Origin: a virus
Lineage: Duplodnaviria > Caudoviricetes
Reading direction: 5' to 3' (one strand)
IMG/VR virus record: IMGVR_UViG_2600255040_000002
Location: 6,043 to 70,042 of that record
Length of the DNA stretch: 64,000 nucleotides
Each line of letters begins with the position of its first letter. Positions within the stretch are counted from its first letter, which is position 1. The position numbers and the translations under genes were made by a program. Of the stretch, positions 55,686 to 64,000 are shown one piece after another. The notes beneath the pieces were generated by a model. The model had not been told where the DNA came from, did no database searches, and saw nothing but the letters and a program-made list of their open reading frames with translations.

Positions 55686-56534
55686 ATGCCTACCAATACT
55701 CCTAACAAGGTCAAATACGGCCTCAAAAATGCCCATTACGCGCTCCTTACCATCGCCGAGGACGGAACGGTTACATACGGGAAACCCATCCCCATTCCCG
55801 GCTCTGTCAGCCTGACCATGGACGCTCAGGGCGACACGTCGACATTCTATGCCGACAACATGGCGTATTTTGTAACCGCTGCGAATGATGGTTACTCCGG
55901 CACTTTTGAGGTTGCGCTGATCCCCGATCAATTCCGTCAGGATGTGCTCAATGAGACCATGGACGAGGCCGCGCAGGTGCTGGTGGAGAATATCAACAAC
56001 CAGACAAGTCCCTTTGCTTTGCTTTTTGAGTTTGACGGGGACAAGAAGGTAACCCGCCATGTGCTGTACAACTGCACATGCACCCGTCCCAGCGTATCGG
56101 GCGGTACCACGACCAACACCAAAGAGCCGTCTACCGAGACGATGAATCTGACGGCCTCTCCCCTGCCCAACGGCAATACAAAGGCCCGGACAACGGTGGA
56201 CACACCGGCTGCCCAGTACGCAGGCTGGTATGACGCGGTATGGCAGCCGCTTGGAGAACTGGTGGTGACCAGCGCCGCTGGCGCGACGTCTGGCAAGACA
56301 GCTCTGACAGTCGCTCCGGAGCTGACCCGCGGGAACAGCTATAAGTATCAGACTTCCGCCTTTGTGGCGCTCCCCGCCTATGGGCAGGTACTCAGCGAGG
56401 GATGGACCGACTGGGACGGCAGCGAGGAGATCACCGCCACCACCGGCCAGCAGATCGCTGTGGTGGAGGTCAATGCCGACAAACAGGCAATGGCCGGCGG
56501 CGTTGCCAAAGTCACCGCTAATGCTGGAGGCTGA
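55686..56534 (+). CDS. Major tail protein (phi13 family) with C-terminal extension
   Basis: NKVKYGLKNAHYA, FYADN, FALLFEFDGD. Confidence 0.9.
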   Translation: MPTNTPNKVKYGLKNAHYALLTIAEDGTVTYGKPIPIPGSVSLTMDAQGDTSTFYADNMAYFVTAANDGYSGTFEVALIPDQFRQDVLNETMDEAAQVLVENINNQTSPFALLFEFDGDKKVTRHVLYNCTCTRPSVSGGTTTNTKEPSTETMNLTASPLPNGNTKARTTVDTPAAQYAGWYDAVWQPLGELVVTSAAGATSGKTALTVAPELTRGNSYKYQTSAFVALPAYGQVLSEGWTDWDGSEEITATTGQQIAVVEVNADKQAMAGGVAKVTANAGG

Positions 56535-56536
56535 TT

Positions 56537-56899
56537 ATGGAGAAAACGATTGAGATCGACGGCCGCCCGGTGACATTCCGGGCAACTGCCGCAATCCCCC
56601 GATTATACAGGCTGCGCTTCCATCGGGATATCATGCAGGACATGGCCTTCATGCGCAAAGAGATTCTCAAGGCTCAGAAGGAGAAAAAGAGCGTCCCTGT
56701 GGACATCCTCACGCTCTTTGAGAATGTGGCGTTCCTGATGGCCAAGCACGCGGACCCCAGCCTGGAGGCAAATACTGTGGAGGAATGGCTGGAGACCTTC
56801 AGCTCCTTCAGCATCTACACAGTATTCCCTGTGATTTCTGAGCTCTGGCTGGAAAATGTCCGGACCCTTGTGGAGGCTAAAAAAAAACAAGGCCGATAG
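56537..56899 (+). CDS. Tail assembly chaperone G
   Basis: MEKTIEIDGRPVTFRATAA; ends after an A9 slip site. Confidence 0.85.
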   Translation: MEKTIEIDGRPVTFRATAAIPRLYRLRFHRDIMQDMAFMRKEILKAQKEKKSVPVDILTLFENVAFLMAKHADPSLEANTVEEWLETFSSFSIYTVFPVISELWLENVRTLVEAKKKQGR

Positions 56900-57072
56900 A
56901 CCGGCCAATGACCACCGCCCTGTTCCTGCTGCGGGCAGCACAGATGGGCTTATCCATGTCAGACCTGGACTTGCTCACGATTGGAATGGTCTGGGACATG
57001 ATGACGGAAGCCGCCAATGACCACTGTACGTACGAGCAGCTCCCGACACAGGACGATTTTGACAGCTTTTAA
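56887..57072 (+). CDS. Tail assembly chaperone T segment (-1 frameshift product)
   Basis: A AAA AAA C at 56879-56888 leads in the -1 frame to MTTALFLLRAAQMGLS...DFDSF. Confidence 0.8.
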   Translation, partial: TRPIDRPMTTALFLLRAAQMGLSMSDLDLLTIGMVWDMMTEAANDHCTYEQLPTQDDFDSF

Positions 57073-57086
57073 GGAGGTGTCCCGTT

Positions 57087-58697
57087 TTGGCAAGCAGAAT
57101 CAAAGGCATCACCATTGAGATCAACGGTGACACCACAAAACTCAGCCAGGCACTTCGCGAGACCGATACGCAGCTGTTTGATGTGCAAAAAAACCTGCGG
57201 GATGTAGAGCGGCTCCTGAAGTTGGACCCCACCAATACAGAGCTGCTTGCACAGAAGCAGCGGCTTCTGGCGGAGCAGTCCGCCCTCGCAGCCGACAGAT
57301 TGACACAGATGGAGGAGGCATCCGAACATCTCGACAGCTCTCTGAGCCAGAGCCAGCTGAATGATTTCAACCTGGAGCTGGATTTGACGCGGGCCCGGGC
57401 TTCCCTCGCGGAGCAGGAACTCCGGGATTTTGAGCAGAGGCTGAACGATGTGGATGACTCCGCGGAGGACTCTTCGGACAGTCTGAACGACGTGGGCGAT
57501 GCCGCAGACGGGATGGACGATGGCTTTTCCCTGGCGGACGGGGTCATTTCCAACTTTGTGGGCGGCGCAATGACCAAGCTGCTGGATATTGCGCTTCAGG
57601 CCGCTGAGGCCATCTGGAATCTGGACGAAGCCACGGAGGAGTACCGGGAATCCATGGCCCTGCTGAATACCGCGTTTGAGACCGCGGGATTCACTTCGGA
57701 CACGGCGAAGCAGGCCTATGAGGGCTTTTACACGATTCTCGGAGATACGGGGCAAGCCACAGAGGCGTCTCAGCTACTAGCTCAGCTTGCCACAAACGAA
57801 CAGGATGTGGCAGAGTGGATCGACATTGCCGCAGGCGTCTATGGCACCTTTGGAGAATCCATCCCAATTGAATCGCTGATTGAAGCGGCCAATGAAACGG
57901 CCAAAACCGGACAAGTTACCGGAACCCTGGCGGACGCCTTGAATTGGGTCGGGTTGAGTGAGGAGGAAGTAAATAGCCAGCTATCTATGCTGAATGACGA
58001 GAGTCTCCGCGCTCGGCTATTGATGGACACATTATCTAATACATACAAGACCGCCAGCGATTCCTTCTACGAAAACAGCGATGCTATTCTTGAATCCCGG
58101 CAGGCTCAACTGGAGATGGACGATACTCTGGCCACGCTGGGACAGTCTGTTGCGGACCTCAAAACAAAGTTAGCTGAAGCTTTTGGACCAAGCGTTTTGG
58201 AGTTGATAACTGCCATTGCGGATGTGCTCGAAACGCTATCCCCCATCATCGATATCATCCTGAAGGCGATTACTACTGTTATTGAGGCAGTAGCAGACCT
58301 AATTGGACTACTGGCGGATGCGGTGGGTTGGCTCCTTGATCTGCTGGGCCTTGGCGGGAAAGGCGGAGATATTGAGGTCACAACATCCGGTTCCGGGAGC
58401 CGTACCATGGCGGACGCTTCGACTTACAGCATCCCCGCATTTGCGTCCGGCGGCGTGATCCCGCCAAACAATCCTTTCCTGGCCGTCCTGGGCGATAACC
58501 GGCAGGAGCCGGAGGTGGTTGCTCCCTATTCCACCATCAAGCAGGCCGCCCGGGATGCCATGGCCGAGCGTGGGGGGACTGGGCAGATCACCATTGTGCT
58601 GCGGGCAGCCGATGGATTTACGCGGAACCTTGCCTATTCGCTGGATCAGGAGTCCGCCCGGCAAGGCGTGCGCCTGGTCAGCACAAAGGGGGTATGA
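57087..58697 (+). CDS. Tape measure protein (short)
   Basis: MASRIKGITIEINGDTTKL; IPAFASGGVIPPN end. Confidence 0.9.
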   Translation: MASRIKGITIEINGDTTKLSQALRETDTQLFDVQKNLRDVERLLKLDPTNTELLAQKQRLLAEQSALAADRLTQMEEASEHLDSSLSQSQLNDFNLELDLTRARASLAEQELRDFEQRLNDVDDSAEDSSDSLNDVGDAADGMDDGFSLADGVISNFVGGAMTKLLDIALQAAEAIWNLDEATEEYRESMALLNTAFETAGFTSDTAKQAYEGFYTILGDTGQATEASQLLAQLATNEQDVAEWIDIAAGVYGTFGESIPIESLIEAANETAKTGQVTGTLADALNWVGLSEEEVNSQLSMLNDESLRARLLMDTLSNTYKTASDSFYENSDAILESRQAQLEMDDTLATLGQSVADLKTKLAEAFGPSVLELITAIADVLETLSPIIDIILKAITTVIEAVADLIGLLADAVGWLLDLLGLGGKGGDIEVTTSGSGSRTMADASTYSIPAFASGGVIPPNNPFLAVLGDNRQEPEVVAPYSTIKQAARDAMAERGGTGQITIVLRAADGFTRNLAYSLDQESARQGVRLVSTKGV

Positions 58698-59089
58698 GCG
58701 TGCAGGTTATCATGGATGGTGTATCTTACCGGCTCAATGTGCGCTATGAGACCCTGGGGCGCTCTTTCCGGCTGGACGAAGGCCAAAACGCCGGGAAAAT
58801 GCTTTCCGGAGACTACACTAGAGACCTTATGGGCACCTATTACGATTATTCCATGGTGGTGGATCCGGACCCCAGATTTCCGGCCGACTACGATGCCTTT
58901 TTCGATGCAATTTCAGCTCCAGTCAAAAGCCACAGCCTTACCCTGCCGTATGGGCAAAGCACCATCACCTTTGGCGCCATGGTCTCCGTAGGTACAGACC
59001 TCTATCAGGGGAAGGTGGCCAACCGCACACGCTGGGGAGGCCTGCAGGTACAGTTCACGGCCAAAAAGCCGCAGAGGACGCCTACATGA
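58694..59089 (+). CDS. Distal tail (Dit)-like protein
   Basis: Homologous to 20745-21140. Confidence 0.7.
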   Translation: MSVQVIMDGVSYRLNVRYETLGRSFRLDEGQNAGKMLSGDYTRDLMGTYYDYSMVVDPDPRFPADYDAFFDAISAPVKSHSLTLPYGQSTITFGAMVSVGTDLYQGKVANRTRWGGLQVQFTAKKPQRTPT

Positions 59090-61293
59090 ATCAGATTATT
59101 TACAGTAAATGGGTGTTTGAGGATGACGACATCCGCTCCGCGCAGATCTACCGCGCCACGTCCCTGATCGCGGACAGCTTGGAGCCCAACACCTTAAACG
59201 CCACAGTCCGGTGCAGTGACAGCAGCATCCTCGAATTCGAGCAAGATACCCGGCTGACTTATGTCCACAGCACAGATCTGCCGGCCTATTTTTACATCCA
59301 GGACATCACCCGTACCGGTCCGGACGAGTACGCAATATCCGCGATGTCCGCCATTGGGCGGCTCATCCATGGGGAACAGCACTATGGCGGCATCTACACC
59401 GGACAGACCGTGGGACAGGTTATCCCAGAAATCTGCGGCCCGGTGCCCTGCGTCGTCAAAACAAATCTGCAAGACGTACAGATATATGGTTGGCTGCCAA
59501 TCGCATCCCGCCGGGACAATCTGGCGCAGGTCCTGTTTGCCGTCGGCGCATGGATCAGGGATGATCTGGATGGAGTCCTCCACATTGAGCGACTTTGGGA
59601 CGGGTATACCGCCAATATCACGCAGGCGCAGATCTACCAGGGTCCCAGTATGTCCTACGGGGCAAAGGTCACGCAAGTGGTTGTCACAGAGCACCAGTAC
59701 GTTCAGGGGGGAGAGGAGGTCACGCTCTTTGAGGGACAGTCCCAGCAGGGCGATATCATCACATTCTCCGAGCCCGCGTACAACCTTCGTGCCTCTGGGT
59801 TCAGCATTTTGGAGAGCAATGCCAACTATGCCAAGATCACGGCTGGAAATGGCACACTTATAGGCTCGGCCTATATCCACAATACCCGCCAGGTCTCAGC
59901 TGATGTCTCCCAGGCAGCAGAGCCCAATGTGGTGACTGTATCGGACGCCACGCTGGTGTCCCTGGTCAACTCCTCCGATGTGGCCCAGCGTCTGGCGCAG
60001 TATTACGCCTGCCTGGCCACTTTTGACGGAGACATCCTGCCGGGGCAACAGCTGGATGGCAATGTGGTCGGCATCTATGATCCGTTTGACCGACAGATGG
60101 TCCAGGCGTGCCTCAAGAGCCTGGACATCAAAATATCGGGAACGCTCAAGGCCACCGTGTCTGCACTGGTGGGATTCAAGCCGCCGCAGGTGGATGACTC
60201 CCAGACGCTGGATGAGCGCATCGTGCTCACCGGGTCGGGAACTTACCAAATCCCGGCTGGGACTACTTTGATCCGCTATGTTTTGATTAGCGGGGCCCAG
60301 GGAGGACATTGCGGACAAAAAGGCGGGGATGTCGGCACGTCGCCGTCCGTATCCTGGTCTGATCCTACGTGGGGGGACCAATACCGAGGCTGCGGATTGG
60401 CTGACGGCGGTGTGGGCGGAGAAGGCGGCGCTCCGGGTGCAGGCGCCAGGATCCTCGAAGGGACCCTGGATATCTCTGATATAGCATCCATCCCGTACAG
60501 CTGCGGCTTAGGTGGCCTGGGTGCTGCCTATGACCCGGATGATCCGGATGGCGCTGCCGGCAGCGACACAGAACTCGGCGCTGCAACCACAGCTGGAGCA
60601 CAAGCCCCGGAGGATGGATACACAGATCCCATCACCGGGGAAAAATACGGAGGAATCGGTGACCAGGGAATCCCCGGAGGCAAGGGCGCGGGGAAGGCGG
60701 CCGAAGTCACAACCGTTGACGATGAGACAGTCCAGCTCTTTGATCCTGCGGAAAGTGTCACCGACGAGGACGGCAATACCTGGAGCGGTGGCTTGACCGA
60801 AACCGAAGCGGATGCTCCGGATCGTGTGGCTATGGAGATGCGGGAGAATGATGGGGCCCGCATTTGGTATAGCCGGGGCTTAGGGGCAGGCGCGGCCGCT
60901 GGTGCAAACGGCAGCGGGCCGGGTCCAGAGGCATCCGTCTCTGTGCGCTCGTCTTCGATTGTAGCAACTGCTGCATCTGGTCTGGATGGAGCGACGCCGG
61001 CCCTGACACCCAAAAAGCCTGCCCAGTATGGCAAAGGCGGCCGCGGCGGTTATGGCGGCGGTGGTGCCAGCTCAGGAGGCCTTGCCATCGGCTCCACAGA
61101 TTCCTCGGATTACACGGTTTCAATCACTGCCGGAACCGGGGGGCTCGGCGGTAATGGCGGTCCTGGGGGCCCTGGCGGAGATGGCTGTATCATTCTGTAT
61201 ATCAGCCGCGCCATCCCGCAGGAGAGCGGCCCGCTGGTGACCTCAGATGCAAAGTGGTTTTTGGACAAGCATGGCAGGAGATTCATCACCTGA
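59086..61293 (+). CDS. Baseplate hub/tail protein with Gly-rich C-terminal domain
   Basis: Position; GxxGxGG repeats. Confidence 0.75.
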   Translation: MNQIIYSKWVFEDDDIRSAQIYRATSLIADSLEPNTLNATVRCSDSSILEFEQDTRLTYVHSTDLPAYFYIQDITRTGPDEYAISAMSAIGRLIHGEQHYGGIYTGQTVGQVIPEICGPVPCVVKTNLQDVQIYGWLPIASRRDNLAQVLFAVGAWIRDDLDGVLHIERLWDGYTANITQAQIYQGPSMSYGAKVTQVVVTEHQYVQGGEEVTLFEGQSQQGDIITFSEPAYNLRASGFSILESNANYAKITAGNGTLIGSAYIHNTRQVSADVSQAAEPNVVTVSDATLVSLVNSSDVAQRLAQYYACLATFDGDILPGQQLDGNVVGIYDPFDRQMVQACLKSLDIKISGTLKATVSALVGFKPPQVDDSQTLDERIVLTGSGTYQIPAGTTLIRYVLISGAQGGHCGQKGGDVGTSPSVSWSDPTWGDQYRGCGLADGGVGGEGGAPGAGARILEGTLDISDIASIPYSCGLGGLGAAYDPDDPDGAAGSDTELGAATTAGAQAPEDGYTDPITGEKYGGIGDQGIPGGKGAGKAAEVTTVDDETVQLFDPAESVTDEDGNTWSGGLTETEADAPDRVAMEMRENDGARIWYSRGLGAGAAAGANGSGPGPEASVSVRSSSIVATAASGLDGATPALTPKKPAQYGKGGRGGYGGGGASSGGLAIGSTDSSDYTVSITAGTGGLGGNGGPGGPGGDGCIILYISRAIPQESGPLVTSDAKWFLDKHGRRFIT

Positions 61294-61305
61294 GGAGGTT
61301 ACCAA

Positions 61306-62175
61306 ATGGCAATAACGATTGAAGAACTCGCTGCAAAAGTTGCTGAACTCGAACAGCAGATGGCAACAATTCCGCCCCCGCCCACCGAGTATTACACCAG
61401 TGCTTACAGCGGGGAAGAAATCGACGCGGCAATCAAAAAAGTAAATGACGGAATAGTCGGAGGTGTGTCCTCCTTCAACGGCCGGACTGGCGCGGTGCTG
61501 CCCCAGGCCGGGGACTACAACGCCACACAGATTCCAGTGAGCGGGGATCCGGAGGCGGAGAACGTTGCAGCGGCTTTGGCTAATAAGGCGCCCGGAGGGT
61601 TTGGGCTAGGCGAACAATCCAAAGAACTTACCTCTGATGATGACCTAAACGCCATCCAGGCAAATGGCTGGTATCGGTGGGGCTCAAGCGCTCCGCAAAA
61701 TGCTCCTAATATGTCACCAGGAAACGGTGATTCAGGCTACATATTTGCGCGTGTTGCAAACTATGATTCCCAAAATGTCCTACAGGAATATTGGTCACTT
61801 AACCAAGGCGCACAAAATAAAGCACATCGCATCTGTAGGAATGGCGTTTGGGGGCCACTCGAATGGATCAATCCCCCCATGCAGTTAGGCGTCGAGTACC
61901 GGACCATAGAGCGGTATCAACAAGTACCGATCTATACAAAAGCGGTCAATTTCGGGACTGCGCCAAATGCTACATCAAAGACTGTGGAGCATGGCATTAC
62001 AGGCTTCAACCAATGTGTGGATGTAAGCGGAATTTTGGGTGGAGCGAATCTGATAGGCCATAAAAACATTGTCGGGATACTAGTAAACGCATCCCAAATT
62101 ACGATTGAGGCGGACGCCGATCTATCCAGAAGCAATGTATACGTCATCCTCAAATACACAAAGACTACCAGCTAA
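61306..62175 (+). CDS. Tail fibre / receptor-binding protein
   Basis: VSSFNGRTGAV, knob-like domain, GVEYRTIERY..YTKTT. Confidence 0.75.
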   Translation: MAITIEELAAKVAELEQQMATIPPPPTEYYTSAYSGEEIDAAIKKVNDGIVGGVSSFNGRTGAVLPQAGDYNATQIPVSGDPEAENVAAALANKAPGGFGLGEQSKELTSDDDLNAIQANGWYRWGSSAPQNAPNMSPGNGDSGYIFARVANYDSQNVLQEYWSLNQGAQNKAHRICRNGVWGPLEWINPPMQLGVEYRTIERYQQVPIYTKAVNFGTAPNATSKTVEHGITGFNQCVDVSGILGGANLIGHKNIVGILVNASQITIEADADLSRSNVYVILKYTKTTS

Positions 62176-62187
62176 GAGGAGGGCACC

Positions 62188-62613
62188 ATGAAGATCATCA
62201 AATATCAGCTTGCGACAGAGATCAACCACGGCACTCCTGAGGAGCCGGACATCGAGACGGTGCTCTCCGGTGTTACGATGCCTTACACAGATTCAAATTA
62301 CGCCATCGCCCAGGCGGAGGCATGGCAGGGTGAAGTTACTGTGGAGGAGGTGCCGGAAACCGCGGAGGAAATTCGGGCGCGGCGGGACAAACTGCTGGCA
62401 GACACGGATTGGACGCAGACCCTTGACGCCCCCATCGACGCCGCCACGCGGGAGTCCATGCGTACATACCGGCAGGCCCTGCGGGATGTGCCACAGCAGG
62501 ATGGCTTCCCTGCGGATATCCAGTGGCCGGAGCTGCCGGAGACCGTCAAGGCTGCGCCGGGCCCGGTGGATACAGCATTCGATGTGCTGATTGGAGGTGA
62601 CGCTGATGCGTAA
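62188..62613 (+). CDS. Tail fibre assembly chaperone
   Basis: IRARRDKLLADTDWTQ..YRQALRDVPQQDGFP..IQWP. Confidence 0.85.
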   Translation: MKIIKYQLATEINHGTPEEPDIETVLSGVTMPYTDSNYAIAQAEAWQGEVTVEEVPETAEEIRARRDKLLADTDWTQTLDAPIDAATRESMRTYRQALRDVPQQDGFPADIQWPELPETVKAAPGPVDTAFDVLIGGDADA

Positions 62614-63064
62614 GGTCAGAGCATTGAAGATGCGCCGGGCGGCGCTGCTGTCGGCGCAGGGAGCCACGGATGCGCAGGCGCTTACCTTGCCCTCCCTGTA
62701 TCCGGAGTGGGCCGCAGGTGTGGCTTATGGAGGCGAAGGGGAGCCGTGTATTGTCCGTCAGCCTGGGACCTCGCAGCTGTACCGGATCAATGAAAGAAAG
62801 GCCCACACGTCTCAGGCGGGATGGGAGCCGGCGTCCACGCCCTCTCTATGGACCGCCATCCAGGGCAGCGAGACCGGGACAAAAGACGACCCCATCCCGG
62901 CTGTGCGCGGGATGGAGTATGAGTACGGCCTATATTACAAGGACCCGGAGGACGGCAAGACGTACCTTTGCGCCCGCACCGGCGAGGCAGAGGGCGGCAA
63001 GGTGATCCTCCAATACCTGCCCCATGAGCTGATCGGGCAGTATTTTGAGGAGGTACCGGCATGA
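62606..63064 (+). CDS. Protein with carbohydrate-binding (CBM5/12-like) motif
   Basis: AHTSQAGWEPASTPSLW; DPIPAVRGMEY..GLYY. Confidence 0.65.
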   Translation: MRKVRALKMRRAALLSAQGATDAQALTLPSLYPEWAAGVAYGGEGEPCIVRQPGTSQLYRINERKAHTSQAGWEPASTPSLWTAIQGSETGTKDDPIPAVRGMEYEYGLYYKDPEDGKTYLCARTGEAEGGKVILQYLPHELIGQYFEEVPA

Positions 63065-63369
63065 ACACAGAAGTAATCTGCGCCTTGATCGCTGGGGCGG
63101 CTACCGTGCTGGCGGCCATTGCGGAGCGACGGAGCCGCCTGAGCGCCAAACGGGCGGAGGTCCGTGCCCAGCGCCGGGAGAAAGAGAGCAGATTGGCCAT
63201 GGACCTGATGTACGCCAACTGCTCCCTGTCCCTGACCACCGCCAAGAAGCTGGCGGGGATGCACACCAACGGCGACGTGGAAGAGGCCATGGAGGCCGCT
63301 CGCAGCGCGCAGGAGGCGTATCAGGACTTCGCCCGGGACGAGGCGGCGCACCAGTTCAGCAAAGTTTAA
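63061..63369 (+). CDS. Lysis-associated membrane protein
   Basis: N-terminal TM, coiled coil. Confidence 0.7.
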   Translation: MNTEVICALIAGAATVLAAIAERRSRLSAKRAEVRAQRREKESRLAMDLMYANCSLSLTTAKKLAGMHTNGDVEEAMEAARSAQEAYQDFARDEAAHQFSKV

Positions 63370-63407
63370 TACCGGCACCAGCCGGAAATTTGAAAGGAGT
63401 ACATACC

Positions 63408-63743
63408 ATGAAAAACCTGGAGGACATCCTGCATGATTACACCAGAGGGGACAAGCCCCTGGACGAGACCAACCAGGAGCTGAAGGAGCTGGATTGCGGA
63501 CTCCAGCTTGACCCCGCCCGCAATCTCATCTCCGCTCAGGAGCTGGCGGAGACATGTGTGGGCGAGACCCCTGCTGAGGCCAACGGATGGGGGATTCTGG
63601 ACCACGGTGTGGGTAGTCTGGAAAAGGTCCATGTGGTGAATGGCCGCACTGTGGACGTGGACATGGGACAGGAGGCCGCCTATGTGTACATTGGCGGTCA
63701 CAAGTACCGCCTGCGGGGCGACGTGCTGACGGAGGAGGACTAA
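63408..63743 (+). CDS. Hypothetical protein (homolog of 26504-26821)
   Basis: GAAAGGAG RBS, similar N-terminus. Confidence 0.75.
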   Translation: MKNLEDILHDYTRGDKPLDETNQELKELDCGLQLDPARNLISAQELAETCVGETPAEANGWGILDHGVGSLEKVHVVNGRTVDVDMGQEAAYVYIGGHKYRLRGDVLTEED

Positions 63744-63744
63744 G

Positions 63745-64000
63745 ATGGAGCTGCTGAAAAAGCGGGCAGCCAACCTGCTGGCAGTCAAGAGCATTGTGAC
63801 GATTGTGCTCACATGCGTCTTTGCTTATCTGGCCGTCACCGGCCACGTGACCACAGATCAGTTCTTGACTGTGTTTACTGTGGTGATTGCCTTCTATTTC
63901 GGCACACAGGCGGAGAAGCGGAGCTCCCAGGCAGAGGGTATTGCTGATCTGCATGGTGGAGCGATTGTCCTGCCGGGCAACGGCGGCATCGCCGCTGACG
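63745..64000 (+). CDS. Holin-like protein (runs off the window)
   Basis: Two TMs, KSIVTIVLT..VVIAFYFGTQ. Confidence 0.75.
   Translation, partial: MELLKKRAANLLAVKSIVTIVLTCVFAYLAVTGHVTTDQFLTVFTVVIAFYFGTQAEKRSSQAEGIADLHGGAIVLPGNGGIAAD

Larger units (their letters stand above)
31740..64000 (+). mobile_element. Prophage 2 (HK97-type head, cos-type siphovirus, right end outside window)
   Basis: Integrase next to att, repressors, replication, HNH-TerS-TerL-portal-protease-capsid, tail, holin. Confidence 0.95.

Noticed and set aside
57695-57704. Fifth copy of the 19-bp palindrome (TCGGACACG)
   Set aside because: Half-site only inside coding sequence; likewise the half-sites near 27820 and 32858.
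1-64000. CRISPR array or cas genes
   Set aside because: No regularly spaced 25-45 bp repeats with unique spacers and no Cas motifs seen.

Overview
The window holds two tailed temperate prophages of a moderately GC-rich Firmicute (Oscillospiraceae/Flavonifractor-like by inference), in the same orientation and stacked head-to-tail at a tRNA-Lys(UUU) attachment site (3' half of the tRNA at 31740-31784, minus strand). Prophage 1 (before 1 to ~31784) shows mosaic early genes, a ~570-nt highly structured non-coding leader, an HNH homing endonuclease and an A118/SPP1-like head-tail module. It also has a minor capsid protein fused to an Ntox50-like toxin plus an immunity candidate, a frameshift-extended capsid, a lysis cassette with an antisense sRNA, and an 8-gene accessory operon of unknown function. 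Prophage 2 (~31785 to beyond 64000) shows an integrase, a type I toxin-antitoxin locus, layered XRE/ImmA switches, replication genes (initiator, DnaB, ParA, DUF3102-like, PcfJ), an HUH endonuclease, a cos/HK97-type head, a siphovirus tail and the start of lysis. Best leads: the accessory operon (28202-31550), the structured RNA region (6535-7100), an in-frame linker system that shuffles small-protein modules, a 19-bp palindrome present four times in prophage 2 and not seen in prophage 1, and shared repeats that could loop out complete hybrid phage genomes. All family assignments come from motif recognition by eye; no searches were run.
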